Positions 52,728-61,322 of a stretch of DNA of 64,000 nucleotides are shown piece after piece. The position numbers and the translations under genes were made by a program. Where the stretch lies: positions 224,001 through 288,000 of the forward strand of contig CAVWFS010000018.1 of the NCBI GenBank assembly GCA_963754315.1, written 5' to 3'. Every line of letters begins with the position of its first letter. The stretch's first letter is position 1. The notes under the pieces were generated by a model. The model made no database searches. It saw nothing but the letters and a program-made list of their open reading frames with translations, and was not told the DNA's origin. The stretch is from an uncultured Candidatus Rokubacteria bacterium. GTDB lineage: Bacteria; Methylomirabilota; Methylomirabilia; Rokubacteriales; CSP1-6.

Positions 52728-53311
52728 TTATCGCCCGGCCCGGTCAAGCGCGCGCACTGCGTCGGCGATGTCGTGGCTCAGGCGCGCCACCGCGCGACTG
52801 TGGGCAGCGGCGAGTGCGTCGTAGCTCCTGTCCGAGGTCGCCTCGCGGGCCGTGGTGCGCCCCGTCCGGGCGAGGCCGTCCTTGGCGCGGCTCACTGTCC
52901 ATACGGCATCCAAAATCGCCGCCCCGCCCAGCGTCGATTCGAAGCGCTGTACCTCGATGGCCACCCGATAATCAGGGGTGGTCAACGCCTGCGGTGACAG
53001 CCGACACGCGGCGTGCCCAGGAAAGCCACCAGGTTCTCGACCACCACGCGGGCGATAGCACTCTGGAGCGGGGCATCCCAGCGGTTGAACTCGTCCAGCC
53101 GAACCTGGTTCGGGCCGATGGTGACCACGATCTGGGCACGGTCCACCGCCGCTGGGACCGACACCGGGCCCACCGTCACCGACAGGTCGGATGGCGTGGC
53201 GGGAGGCGATGGGGCCGCGCTGAGCGTGTAGAAGCGCGACGGTTTGGACGCGCAACCGCCGACGAAGATCCCGAGCGCGCACGACATCGCCACAGCAGCT
53301 CGGCAGCGCAT
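52728..53311 (-). CDS. pqiC: PqiC-family lipoprotein (frameshift near 53000)
   Basis: Lipobox GGC-ASKPSRFYTL, VGPVSVP..VDRAQIV, NRWDAPL, IEVQRFE. Confidence 0.8.
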
Positions 53312-53322
53312 CGTGACTCTCC

Positions 53323-55111
53323 TCAGTCCTTGCCCCGGATCAGCGATTCGGGATGGCGTTCGAGATAGTCGGTCAGAGCCCGCAGCGACCGAGCGGCGCG
53401 GGCAACCTCCAGCAGGGCATCGCGCAGCTCGGCCTGGATGGGGGCGTTCCTGCCGAGCAAGGTCCCGTCGGCATCCGTTGAGCACCCGGTCGGCAGTGGC
53501 GATGGCGCGTCGCAGCTCCTCCAGCGCCGAGTTCACTTGGTTGTTGAGTGTCCCGTCCGCGGTGGCGAGGACGCGCCGCGCTTCGGCCAGGGCCGTGTTC
53601 AGCTCGTTCTTGATCATCCCGTCGGCGCTCGCGAGCACGCGGCGCAGCTCTTCGAGCGTCGTCTTCAGCTCGGGCGTCAGGTCGGTGTCAATGCGTCCTA
53701 CGGCCTTGTTTGCTCCCTCTAGCATCTGGTTGAGGGTGACCAACACCTTGGTGACGTCGGCCCCGATCGCCTCGTACGGCAGCTTGTCGAGCTTGGCAAT
53801 GATGCTGGTGAGCTTGGCCTCGACGTCGGGGATGGTGCTCGGCACCGTCGGCAGCACCGGCGTGGTTTGGTTCCAGTCGACCTTTGCCTTGGCCGCCCCC
53901 GGGTGATAGTCGAAGGCGACGTAGAGCTGCCCGGTGAGCAGGCTTCCACTCTGGAGCTGGGCGCGCAGGCCCCGCTCCTGGACCAGCCGCTCGAAGAACG
54001 CGTGGCGCTTCTGGGTGCTGCTCACGAGCGCTTCCCCCGCCCCCGGAGCCTGTAAGCGCGAGATCAGGCGCTCGGGATACGTGACGATCTCGACACGCCC
54101 GCGCAGGCCCAAGGTCTTCGGATCGATATCGAGCCCCACGTCGGTGACCTGGCCGCCCGGGAGGCCGAGCAAGGTGACCGGCGCCCCGACCGACAGCCCG
54201 CGCAATGACTCGTTGAAATAGAGCACATAGTGCCGGGCGATGGACTCGGGCTGTTTCATGGCGGTGGCCCGGTCGCTGTAGAGGGTGAAGACCGTCTTGG
54301 CGGCGGCGGGCTCAGCCTTGGGGGCGTAGGGCGGCATGTCAAAGGCGACACCGCCCGCGATCAAGGCGACCAGAGACTCCAGCCGCACGTCCACGCCCCC
54401 CGCGCCGACCGAGACGCCGATGCCACTGGCGTTCCAGAACCGAGTCCCGGAGTTGACGAACTGGTCGTAGGGGGCGTTGACGAAGATCGTGACATCCAAG
54501 GCCTTGCCATCGGCCGCCAGGTCATAGGCGACGATCTGTCCGGCCGGCAGACTGCGGTAGTAGACCGGGGCGCCCACCCCCAGCGAGCCGAGACTCTCCG
54601 TCTTGAGCACGAACTGACGGCCCGCCTGCCCGCCCGTGATGATGGGGGGCACATCGAGTCCCCTGAACGTGCGTTGTTTCTTGCTGGACGTGCCCTGCTC
54701 AAACCCGATGTAGTTGCCGGAGAGCAAGGTGCCGAGACCGGAGACCCCGCCCAGGGTGATGCGCGGCTCCACCACCCAGAACTTGGCGTCCTCGACCATG
54801 AGCCCCGCCGCGCTCTTGGCGATCTGCGCCTTCACCTCCACTTGCTTGAAGTCAGGAGATAGCTGGACTGACGTCACCTGGCCGATGTTCACGTCCTTGT
54901 ACTTGACGAAGGTCTTCCCGGCCTCGAGACCCTCGGCGACCTTGAAAACGATGGTGATGGTCGGGCCTTCACTCAGGATGCGCTGGACGGCGACCCCGAT
55001 GGCCACCACGGCGGCCAGGAGTGGGATGATCCAGACGACCGAGATCCGAGCGCGGCTGGGCGGCACCAGGGTAGCCTGCGGCACGCTCGGGCGATCGGGT
55101 GTGTCAGCCAT
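53323..55111 (-). CDS. pqiB: PqiB MCE-domain protein (frameshift near 53480)
   Basis: SVVWIIPL, GLEAGKTFVKYKDVNIG, three MCE-like domains, GLRAQLQSGSLLTGQLYV, C-terminal DYLERHPESLI in shifted frame. Confidence 0.9.
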
Positions 55112-55745
55112 GCTGTTGCTGCAGACTTCGGTTGGAATCCCACACGAGGCGGGGATCGAAGGACTCGGCGGCCATCATGGTGAGGACGACCACCGCCGCG
55201 AAGAAGAGCACGCCGGGACCGGGCTCCACCGACATCAACGGCTGGAGCTGAACGAGAGCGACCGTGAAGGTGTCGACGAACACGTCCAGCATCGACCAGC
55301 GGCCGATGAACTGGACCAGGCGATAGAGCCGGGTTCGCTCGCGGTTGCTCCCGCGCCAGCCGCGTTGCGCCACGATCAAGAGATAGCTGAGGGCGACCAG
55401 CTTGCCGAGGGGGATCATGACGCTGGCGACCAGCACGATGAGGGCGAGCAGCCACGATCCTGTCGTATAGAGGAGTACCACTCCGCCCATGATCGTATCG
55501 GATTCAGTGGATCCGAACGCGGTCGTGGTGAGCACAGGCAGGACATTGGCGGGGATGTAGCAGATGGCGGCCGCGATGACGAGCGCCCACGTGTATTGCA
55601 GGGAGTGATGGCGGCGCCTCGTGAGCTCGGCTCCGCAGCGCGGACAGTAGCCCGGCTCGGACGGCGCCGCGGGGCGCGAGAGCAAGTGGCACGTCTCGCA
55701 CGAAACGAATCCCGCCTGAGCGGCGGTGAGAGCGCCAGCGGTCAT
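55104..55745 (-). CDS. pqiA: Paraquat-inducible protein A (C-terminal half-type)
   Basis: CETC..CPRCG, YIPANVLPV, IGRWSMLDVFV, FDPRLVWD. Confidence 0.92.
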   Translation of the reverse strand: MTAGALTAAQAGFVSCETCHLLSRPAAPSEPGYCPRCGAELTRRRHHSLQYTWALVIAAAICYIPANVLPVLTTTAFGSTESDTIMGGVVLLYTTGSWLLALIVLVASVMIPLGKLVALSYLLIVAQRGWRGSNRERTRLYRLVQFIGRWSMLDVFVDTFTVALVQLQPLMSVEPGPGVLFFAAVVVLTMMAAESFDPRLVWDSNRSLQQQHG

Positions 55746-56400
55746 CCCTTCGCCTCGGCCGGTGGCGCCGCGCGGGTCCCGGATCCAGGTGGCGTCCTAT
55801 CTTCGGCCCACGCCACCCGGTTCCAGATCTCGCGCGGGTCGACGGCCACATGATCGCGGCGAAGAGTATCACCAGCGCGCCGATCGCATACATCCCGATG
55901 CCGGGCGTCACGGTGGCCAGTTCCGCGATCTTGATGAGGGCGACCAGGATGCCGAGCAGCATCACCTCGTTCATCGACCAGGGCCGCATCGCGTGGGCTC
56001 CGCGGAGCATTTCGCCGATCCATCTGGGCGCGGGCGGCCGCCGCACCGCCACCAGAATCGTCATCATGAACAGGATGTAGCCGGCGGGAGCGATGACGGC
56101 GCAGAAGGCGACGATGACGGCGGTGATCTTTTCATCCTGCGCCCACATCTCGTAGGCCCCGCCGATGATGGTCGTGCTCGCGTGGCGGCCCACCGCCGAG
56201 AGTCCCATCAGCGGCGCCGTGTTGGCGATGATCAGCACGATCGCGGCCGCGACCGTGAGGGCCAGCGGGCGGTCAAGGGGATCGGCGGGCCTGTGTGGCC
56301 AGACACATGCCCGCACCGAGAGCATCGCGCTTTGCCGCCGAGAGGCAGATCCGGAAGGCTGCTGCAGCAGATCGCAATCAGGGCACGCGACGGTTTCCAC
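55742..56400 (-). CDS. pqiA: Paraquat-inducible protein A (N-terminal half-type), frameshifted
   Basis: CPDCDLL, PWSMNEVMLLGILVALIK, DPREIW. Confidence 0.85.
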
Positions 56401-56552
56401 GCGGCCTCAGTATATTCCTGGCTGGAGAGCAGTTCCGGAGGATCGCGGACACGCGGGAGCGTCCGCTTTCTCCCCGCCTAGAGCGGCAGACCAGAGCGCC
56501 CCGATCGGATTGTCAGGCCCCGTCAGGGCCCCCATTACAATATCCTCCGCTC

Positions 56553-57758
56553 ATGGCCGATCCCTCCCGGTGGCGCATGCTGCTCTTGATCTGTCTGGCG
56601 GAACTCGGTGCGCTCTCGCTCTGGTTCTCGGCCACGGCCGTGATCCCAGCGCTCAGCACGCCCTGGATGTCGCCCTCGAGCCAGGCGTGGTTGTCCATGG
56701 CCGTCACCCTCGGATTCGTGGCCGGCACCGCCATCAGCGCAGCATTCACCCTCGTCGACTGGATCGGGGCACGCTGGCTCTTCTGCGTCGCTACCGTGGG
56801 TGGCGCGCTGGCCAACGCCGCACTCCTGGTCTGGATGGACGTCCTCGCTGTCGTCATCATCTGCCGCTTCCTGACCGGGCTCATGCTGGCGGGAGCCTAC
56901 CCGCCCGGGATGAAGCTGGCCGCTAGCTGGTTCGTCGCGGAACGAGGATTCGCCGTCGGCAGTCTGGTGGGCGCGCTCACCTTTGGAACAGCGCTGCCTC
57001 ACTTCTTCAACTTCCTCGGAGGACTGGCGTGGCCGCCTGTCATCGCGGGCACGTCGGTGGTGGCGTTGGCGGGCGCGGTCATCATGCTCGGCTTCGTGCG
57101 TGATGGGCCGCATCTGCAAGGGCGCTCGCCGTTCAACCCGCGCGCGGTGATCCAGTTGGCGCGAGCGCGCGGAGTCGTGTTGGCCAGCCTTGGTTACTTC
57201 GGCCACATGTGGGAGCTGTACGCGATGTGGACGTGGCTCGGCCTCTATCTCGGCGTCGCATTCGCCCAGGCAGGTGTGGCGGACGCTCCTGGGCTGGCCA
57301 GCCTCGCCACGGCCGCCGTCATCGCGGCCGGTGGCGTCGGCTGCATCGTGGCCGGCCGGATGGCCGACCGCATCGGTCGCACGGCAACGACCATGCTAGC
57401 CATGCTCGGCAGTGGTGCCTGCGCTGCCGGAATCGGGTTTGCCTTCGGGCACCCAACCTGGCTGGTGCTCGTGGCGCTTCTGTGGGGACTGACCGTGGTC
57501 GCCGACTCTGCCCAGTTCTCGACGGCGATCAGCGAGCTGGCGCCTCCCCAATACGTGGGAACAGCGCTCTCGCTCCAGACATGCCTCGGCTTCTTGCTCA
57601 CGATTGTGTCCATTCGCCTGTATCCGGCGCTCGTGGCGCTGTGCGGCTGGCCGTGGTCGTTCGCCTTCCTGGCGCCTGGCCCATTTCTCGGGACGCTGGC
57701 CATGTGGAGGCTTCGAAACCTGCCGGAAAGCCGAGCGCTTGCGGGGGGCAAGCGCTGA
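56553..57758 (+). CDS. MFS transporter
   Basis: SLWFSA, AGAYPPGMK, GYFGHMWELYAMW, ADRIGR, ADSAQFS. Confidence 0.9.
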   Translation: MADPSRWRMLLLICLAELGALSLWFSATAVIPALSTPWMSPSSQAWLSMAVTLGFVAGTAISAAFTLVDWIGARWLFCVATVGGALANAALLVWMDVLAVVIICRFLTGLMLAGAYPPGMKLAASWFVAERGFAVGSLVGALTFGTALPHFFNFLGGLAWPPVIAGTSVVALAGAVIMLGFVRDGPHLQGRSPFNPRAVIQLARARGVVLASLGYFGHMWELYAMWTWLGLYLGVAFAQAGVADAPGLASLATAAVIAAGGVGCIVAGRMADRIGRTATTMLAMLGSGACAAGIGFAFGHPTWLVLVALLWGLTVVADSAQFSTAISELAPPQYVGTALSLQTCLGFLLTIVSIRLYPALVALCGWPWSFAFLAPGPFLGTLAMWRLRNLPESRALAGGKR

Positions 57759-57795
57759 GAAAGCTCGAGCAGTTGGGCCCTATGAGAGATACGGT

Positions 57796-58131
57796 CTACG
57801 TCAACGGGACGTAGTCGTACTCGCCGATTCCCTGCAAGACCAGGAACGTCGCCGACCTATCTCCATCGTTGGTGACCAGATGCGCCCGGCCGGGCCGGAC
57901 TGCATATGTCTCGGCAGGCCCGAGGCGAACGTCTTCCTTCGGGTCGCGCAGAAAGATGCGCAGTCGCCCCTCCAGCACATAGAAGGTGTCCTGCACACGG
58001 CTGTGGTAGTGCCACGGAACTGTCTGGGTCGGACTGAGCTGAAGCTCGGTGATGCGGAACCCTGGCCTCTCGGCGTGACGCGCACGCCGTTCGACCTCGT
58101 AGAGATGGCTGGCATCCTTGACGGCTTCCAT
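57796..58131 (-). CDS. Cupin-domain protein
   Basis: PWHYHSRVQDTFYVLEG...H..TN; GGGAGG RBS. Confidence 0.85.
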   Translation of the reverse strand: MEAVKDASHLYEVERRARHAERPGFRITELQLSPTQTVPWHYHSRVQDTFYVLEGRLRIFLRDPKEDVRLGPAETYAVRPGRAHLVTNDGDRSATFLVLQGIGEYDYVPLT

Positions 58132-58248
58132 GGTTGTCCCTCCCGCGGTGATTCTACGGGTGCACCGCCGCGCTATGATAGTCGCTGAACGTTTGCAGGA
58201 AGCGATCCGCGACGCCGAGGATCGGCCGCGCTTCGTCTGGAGGAAGTC

Positions 58249-59040
58249 ATGAGCGACCTGCTGGAAACCGTCAAGGATGGGGTGGCCCTGCTCACCCTGA
58301 ATCGTCCCGATCGTCTGAATGCCATGTCGGCCGGCATGCTCGATGCCATGCTGGAGGCGCTGCCCCGCCTGGCCGATGATGCTGCAGTGGGAGTCGTCGT
58401 GCTGACCGGCTCCGGGCGCGGCTTCTGCGCGGGCGGCGACGTGAAGGCCATGGCCGAGGGGCGTGAGTTCGGCGGCGACACCTTTGAGGAGAAGGCGTCG
58501 GCCCTTCGCGCGCAGATGGAAGTGTCGCGCTGGCTGCACGAGATGCCGAAGCCGACCCTCGCCATGGTCCGGGGAGCGGCGGCCGGCGCGGGGCTGTCTC
58601 TGGCCATGGCCTGCGACATGCGGATCGCGGGGGACAGCGCGCGGTTCGCCCCCGCCTTCGCGCGGGTGGGCTATTCGGGGGACTTCGGCGGCAGCTGGTT
58701 TCTGACCCAGCTCGTGGGGACGGCCAAAGCGCGGGAGCTCTATTACACGGCGGAGATCCTGAGCGCGGAGGTGGCACTGGCCCTTGGGCTCGTGAACCGC
58801 GTGGTGCCTGATGCCCAGCTCGAGGAGGAGACCATGGCCTTGGCGCGCCGGATCGCGACCGGACCGCGTGTGGCTCTGCGGTACATGAAACGCAACATGA
58901 ATGCCGCCGAGGCCGGCACGCTCAAGGACCTCCTCGACCTGGAGGCCTGGCACCACACGCGCTGCGGCATGACGGAGGACCATCGCGAGGCGGCCCGCGC
59001 GTTCGTCGACAAGCGGGAGCCCGTCTTCCGGGGGCGGTGA
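58249..59040 (+). CDS. Enoyl-CoA hydratase/isomerase family protein
   Basis: TLNRPDRLNA, GFCAGGDV, AAAGAGLSLA, GDFGGSW, EDHREA..AF..KREP. Confidence 0.93.
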   Translation: MSDLLETVKDGVALLTLNRPDRLNAMSAGMLDAMLEALPRLADDAAVGVVVLTGSGRGFCAGGDVKAMAEGREFGGDTFEEKASALRAQMEVSRWLHEMPKPTLAMVRGAAAGAGLSLAMACDMRIAGDSARFAPAFARVGYSGDFGGSWFLTQLVGTAKARELYYTAEILSAEVALALGLVNRVVPDAQLEEETMALARRIATGPRVALRYMKRNMNAAEAGTLKDLLDLEAWHHTRCGMTEDHREAARAFVDKREPVFRGR

Positions 59041-59471
59041 TGATCGGACCCCGGGTCGAAATCTTCGTGCCGGATCTGCCGGAGCCAGCCAGCCACTACG
59101 CCCACGTGGTGCGCGCCGGTGGGTTCGTATTCGTGTCGGGCTGCAGCGCCCTCGACGCCGCGGGCAAGGTGGTCGGTGGGCGCGATGTGGTGGAGCAGAC
59201 GCGGCAGGTCTTCGAGAATCTCAAGCGGAGCCTGGCCGCGGCGGGCGCCAGCTTCGCTGATGTCTGCAAGGTGACGATCTTCCTGCGGCACGGCGCCGAT
59301 CGCGACCGCATCAACGTCGTGCGCCAGGAATACTTCGGGCCGACCCGCCCCGCCAGCACCTTGGTGGAGGTGGCGGGGTTCTCGCGCGACGACTTACTCG
59401 TGGAGATCGAGGCCATCGCGGTGGTGCCGGCCGCCCTCTCGCCGTGGGGCGTGCCCAAGGAGGCGCCTTGA
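59037..59471 (+). CDS. RidA/YjgF family protein
   Basis: HYAHVVRAG, QTRQVFENL, PASTLVEV, VEIEAIA. Confidence 0.9.
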   Translation: MMIGPRVEIFVPDLPEPASHYAHVVRAGGFVFVSGCSALDAAGKVVGGRDVVEQTRQVFENLKRSLAAAGASFADVCKVTIFLRHGADRDRINVVRQEYFGPTRPASTLVEVAGFSRDDLLVEIEAIAVVPAALSPWGVPKEAP

Positions 59472-59561
59472 TTCGATGGGCCGGCCAGCCTACGATGGCG
59501 GCATCGTGGAGCGTCGCAGGCGCATCATATTAAGAGCGACCTGACGGAAAGGAGATCGTAC

Positions 59562-59801
59562 GTGGCCTCACGTATCACCGTCTATACCAACATCGGCTGA
59601 GGGCCCTGTCACAAGGCGGTAGAGTATCTATCGCAAAAGGGCGTCGAGTTTACCGAGAAGAACGTGGGGCGCGATCCCGAGGCCCGACAGGAGCTGATCA
59701 CGCTAGGGCTGCTCTCGTTGCCGGTGCTCCTCATCGGCGAGCAGAAGCTCACCGGGTTCAACCCGAACGCCATCGACGCGGCCCTGGCGGCGCTCGCATA
59801 G
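59562..59801 (+). CDS. Glutaredoxin/NrdH-like selenoprotein (Sec at codon 13, UxxC)
   Basis: AAAGGAG RBS, GTG start; MASRITVYTNIG-U-GPCHKAVEYLSQKGVEFTEKNVGRDPEARQELITLGLLSLPVLLIGEQKLTGFNPNAIDAALAALA*; TGA at 59598-59600 occupies the first Cys position of CxxC; absent from the ORF track. Confidence 0.88.
59603..59642 (+). promoter_or_regulatory. Putative bacterial SECIS element
   Basis: Lower stem GCCCU/AGGGC (59603-07/59638-42); upper stem GCGGUAG/CUAUCGC (59616-22/59628-34) with a G-containing apical loop, starting right after the UGA. Confidence 0.7.
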
Positions 59802-59838
59802 ACGCCGCTGCGCACGTCCGATCGGGCAGGGAGGTCGC

Positions 59839-60252
59839 ATGAACCAGCCGTCGCAAGCGAACATTGACAAGATGTGGGCGTACGCGCGGAAGTACGCGGA
59901 GAAATCCGGGACATCGCTCCACCCTGACGTGGGCGTGACCGAGACGGTCGTTATGGGCTTGGCTCGCCACATCGAGGAGGTAGGACGGCCGCTCTGCCCG
60001 TGCAACTTTTACCCCGATCCGAAGGAAGAGGCCAAGCTCCGCCGCTGGATTTGCGCCTGCGACGAAATGCAGAAGTACAAGTACTGCCACTGCCTACTGT
60101 TCGTCACGCCCGAGGGCGTGCCCATCACGGAGTACTTGCCGGAGGGCCACGAGGGGCGCGACGCCTATGGGATCGTCAAGGATCCGACCCCCGACAAGGG
60201 CCGCGCCACGGCCAAGGTCCTCGAGCGTCAGCACCAGGAGGGAGAGCGCTAG
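59839..60252 (+). CDS. Ferredoxin:thioredoxin reductase catalytic subunit-like protein
   Basis: GLARHIEEVGRPLCPC, WICAC, KYCHCLLF (CPC/CxC/CHC triad); GGGAGG RBS. Confidence 0.9.
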   Translation: MNQPSQANIDKMWAYARKYAEKSGTSLHPDVGVTETVVMGLARHIEEVGRPLCPCNFYPDPKEEAKLRRWICACDEMQKYKYCHCLLFVTPEGVPITEYLPEGHEGRDAYGIVKDPTPDKGRATAKVLERQHQEGER

Positions 60253-60262
60253 GCGCGACGGG

Positions 60263-60925
60263 TCAGACGGGCCAGGCCTCTCGCCGCCAGCCCATGTCCC
60301 AGAACATCCACTCGTAGCGGCTGGTGGTCAGGAAGTGGCGACGCATTGTGTCCTGCTGCGGCGCCGTGAGGCTCGCCGCCGTCTCGTTGGTAACCTCGAG
60401 CACGGCCTTCACCAGGCTACCAAAATCATCGGCGGCATAGGTGCCGATCCAGCGCGCGTAGAGCGGATCGGAAGAACCGGCGCGCTCCAGCTCTTTGCCC
60501 ACCTCCCAGTAGATCCAGTAGCACGGTAGAAGAGCGGCCAGTCCTTCGTGGAAGGGCGCGCTGTGGGCGACCGCGATCAGATAACTCGTATAGGCGAGAT
60601 TGGTGGGGGCTAGCGGTGTGCTCGTGACGTCGCGTGCGGTGAGACCCCACTCGCCGAAGAAGCCCTCGTGCAGGGAGCGCTCGACCCGGAGCGCCCCCGC
60701 CGCGTGCTCGCTGAACATGATGATCCACTCGTCACGCGGAGCCCGCGCCGCCACCAGCGCCAGCGCCCGCGCGAAGTCGCGCAGGTAGAGGGCGTCCTGG
60801 ATGGCGTAGAAGCGAAAGCTCTCGCGGGACAGCGAGCCGTCGGTGAGGCCTCGTACGAACGGATGGCCCAGGATGGCCGCGTAGATCGGCTCGATGGAAC
60901 GCCAGAGTTCACCGGTGAATGTCAT
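60263..60925 (-). CDS. tenA: Thiaminase II / TenA
   Basis: HPFVRGLTDGSL, FYAIQDALYL, LLPCYWIY, YARWI..Y, SRYEWMFWD. Confidence 0.93.
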   Translation of the reverse strand: MTFTGELWRSIEPIYAAILGHPFVRGLTDGSLSRESFRFYAIQDALYLRDFARALALVAARAPRDEWIIMFSEHAAGALRVERSLHEGFFGEWGLTARDVTSTPLAPTNLAYTSYLIAVAHSAPFHEGLAALLPCYWIYWEVGKELERAGSSDPLYARWIGTYAADDFGSLVKAVLEVTNETAASLTAPQQDTMRRHFLTTSRYEWMFWDMGWRREAWPV

Positions 60926-60943
60926 GGCGTCTATCATAGCTGC

Positions 60944-61213
60944 ATGAGCGTGTATCACCCCATGAGCGTCGGTCGGATGCGGACGGCCCTGATCATCGTG
61001 CTTCTGCCGGTCTTGGCGACCTGCCGCTCTGGTGGCGAATGGGTCTACGACAAGCCCAAAGTGACGCCGGCTCAGCTCGACCGCGATCTGGCCCAGTGTC
61101 GCCAGCTCACGATGCCCAAAGGGGCGATGGCCTTTCCCGGGCTCACCGGACCCGATCGCGAGGCCTTCAACGCCTGCATGGCAAAGCGCGGCTACGAGGT
61201 GACGCGCCAGTAG
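60944..61213 (+). CDS. Small putative lipoprotein
   Basis: Hydrophobic signal ending LATC; DLAQC...FNACMAKRGY Cys pair; start could be 60944 or 60962. Confidence 0.55.
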   Translation: MSVYHPMSVGRMRTALIIVLLPVLATCRSGGEWVYDKPKVTPAQLDRDLAQCRQLTMPKGAMAFPGLTGPDREAFNACMAKRGYEVTRQ

Positions 61214-61322
61214 CCGCGACCCACCGTTCGACTCTTTTTCGCCCCGCACATCCAACTCCCGTTGTCCCTACGTACTGCCTGATAACGAAACAGTTGCGGG
61301 AGCCTGTCCCGACTGTCCAACG

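Noticed and set aside
52982..55111. 709-aa PqiB-PqiC fusion
   Set aside because: A frameshift near 53480 reads through into pqiC, which has its own AGGAG RBS and lipobox
59609..60090. Minus-strand ORFs over the glutaredoxin/FTR region
   Set aside because: No recognisable motifs; they are shadows of the plus-strand genes
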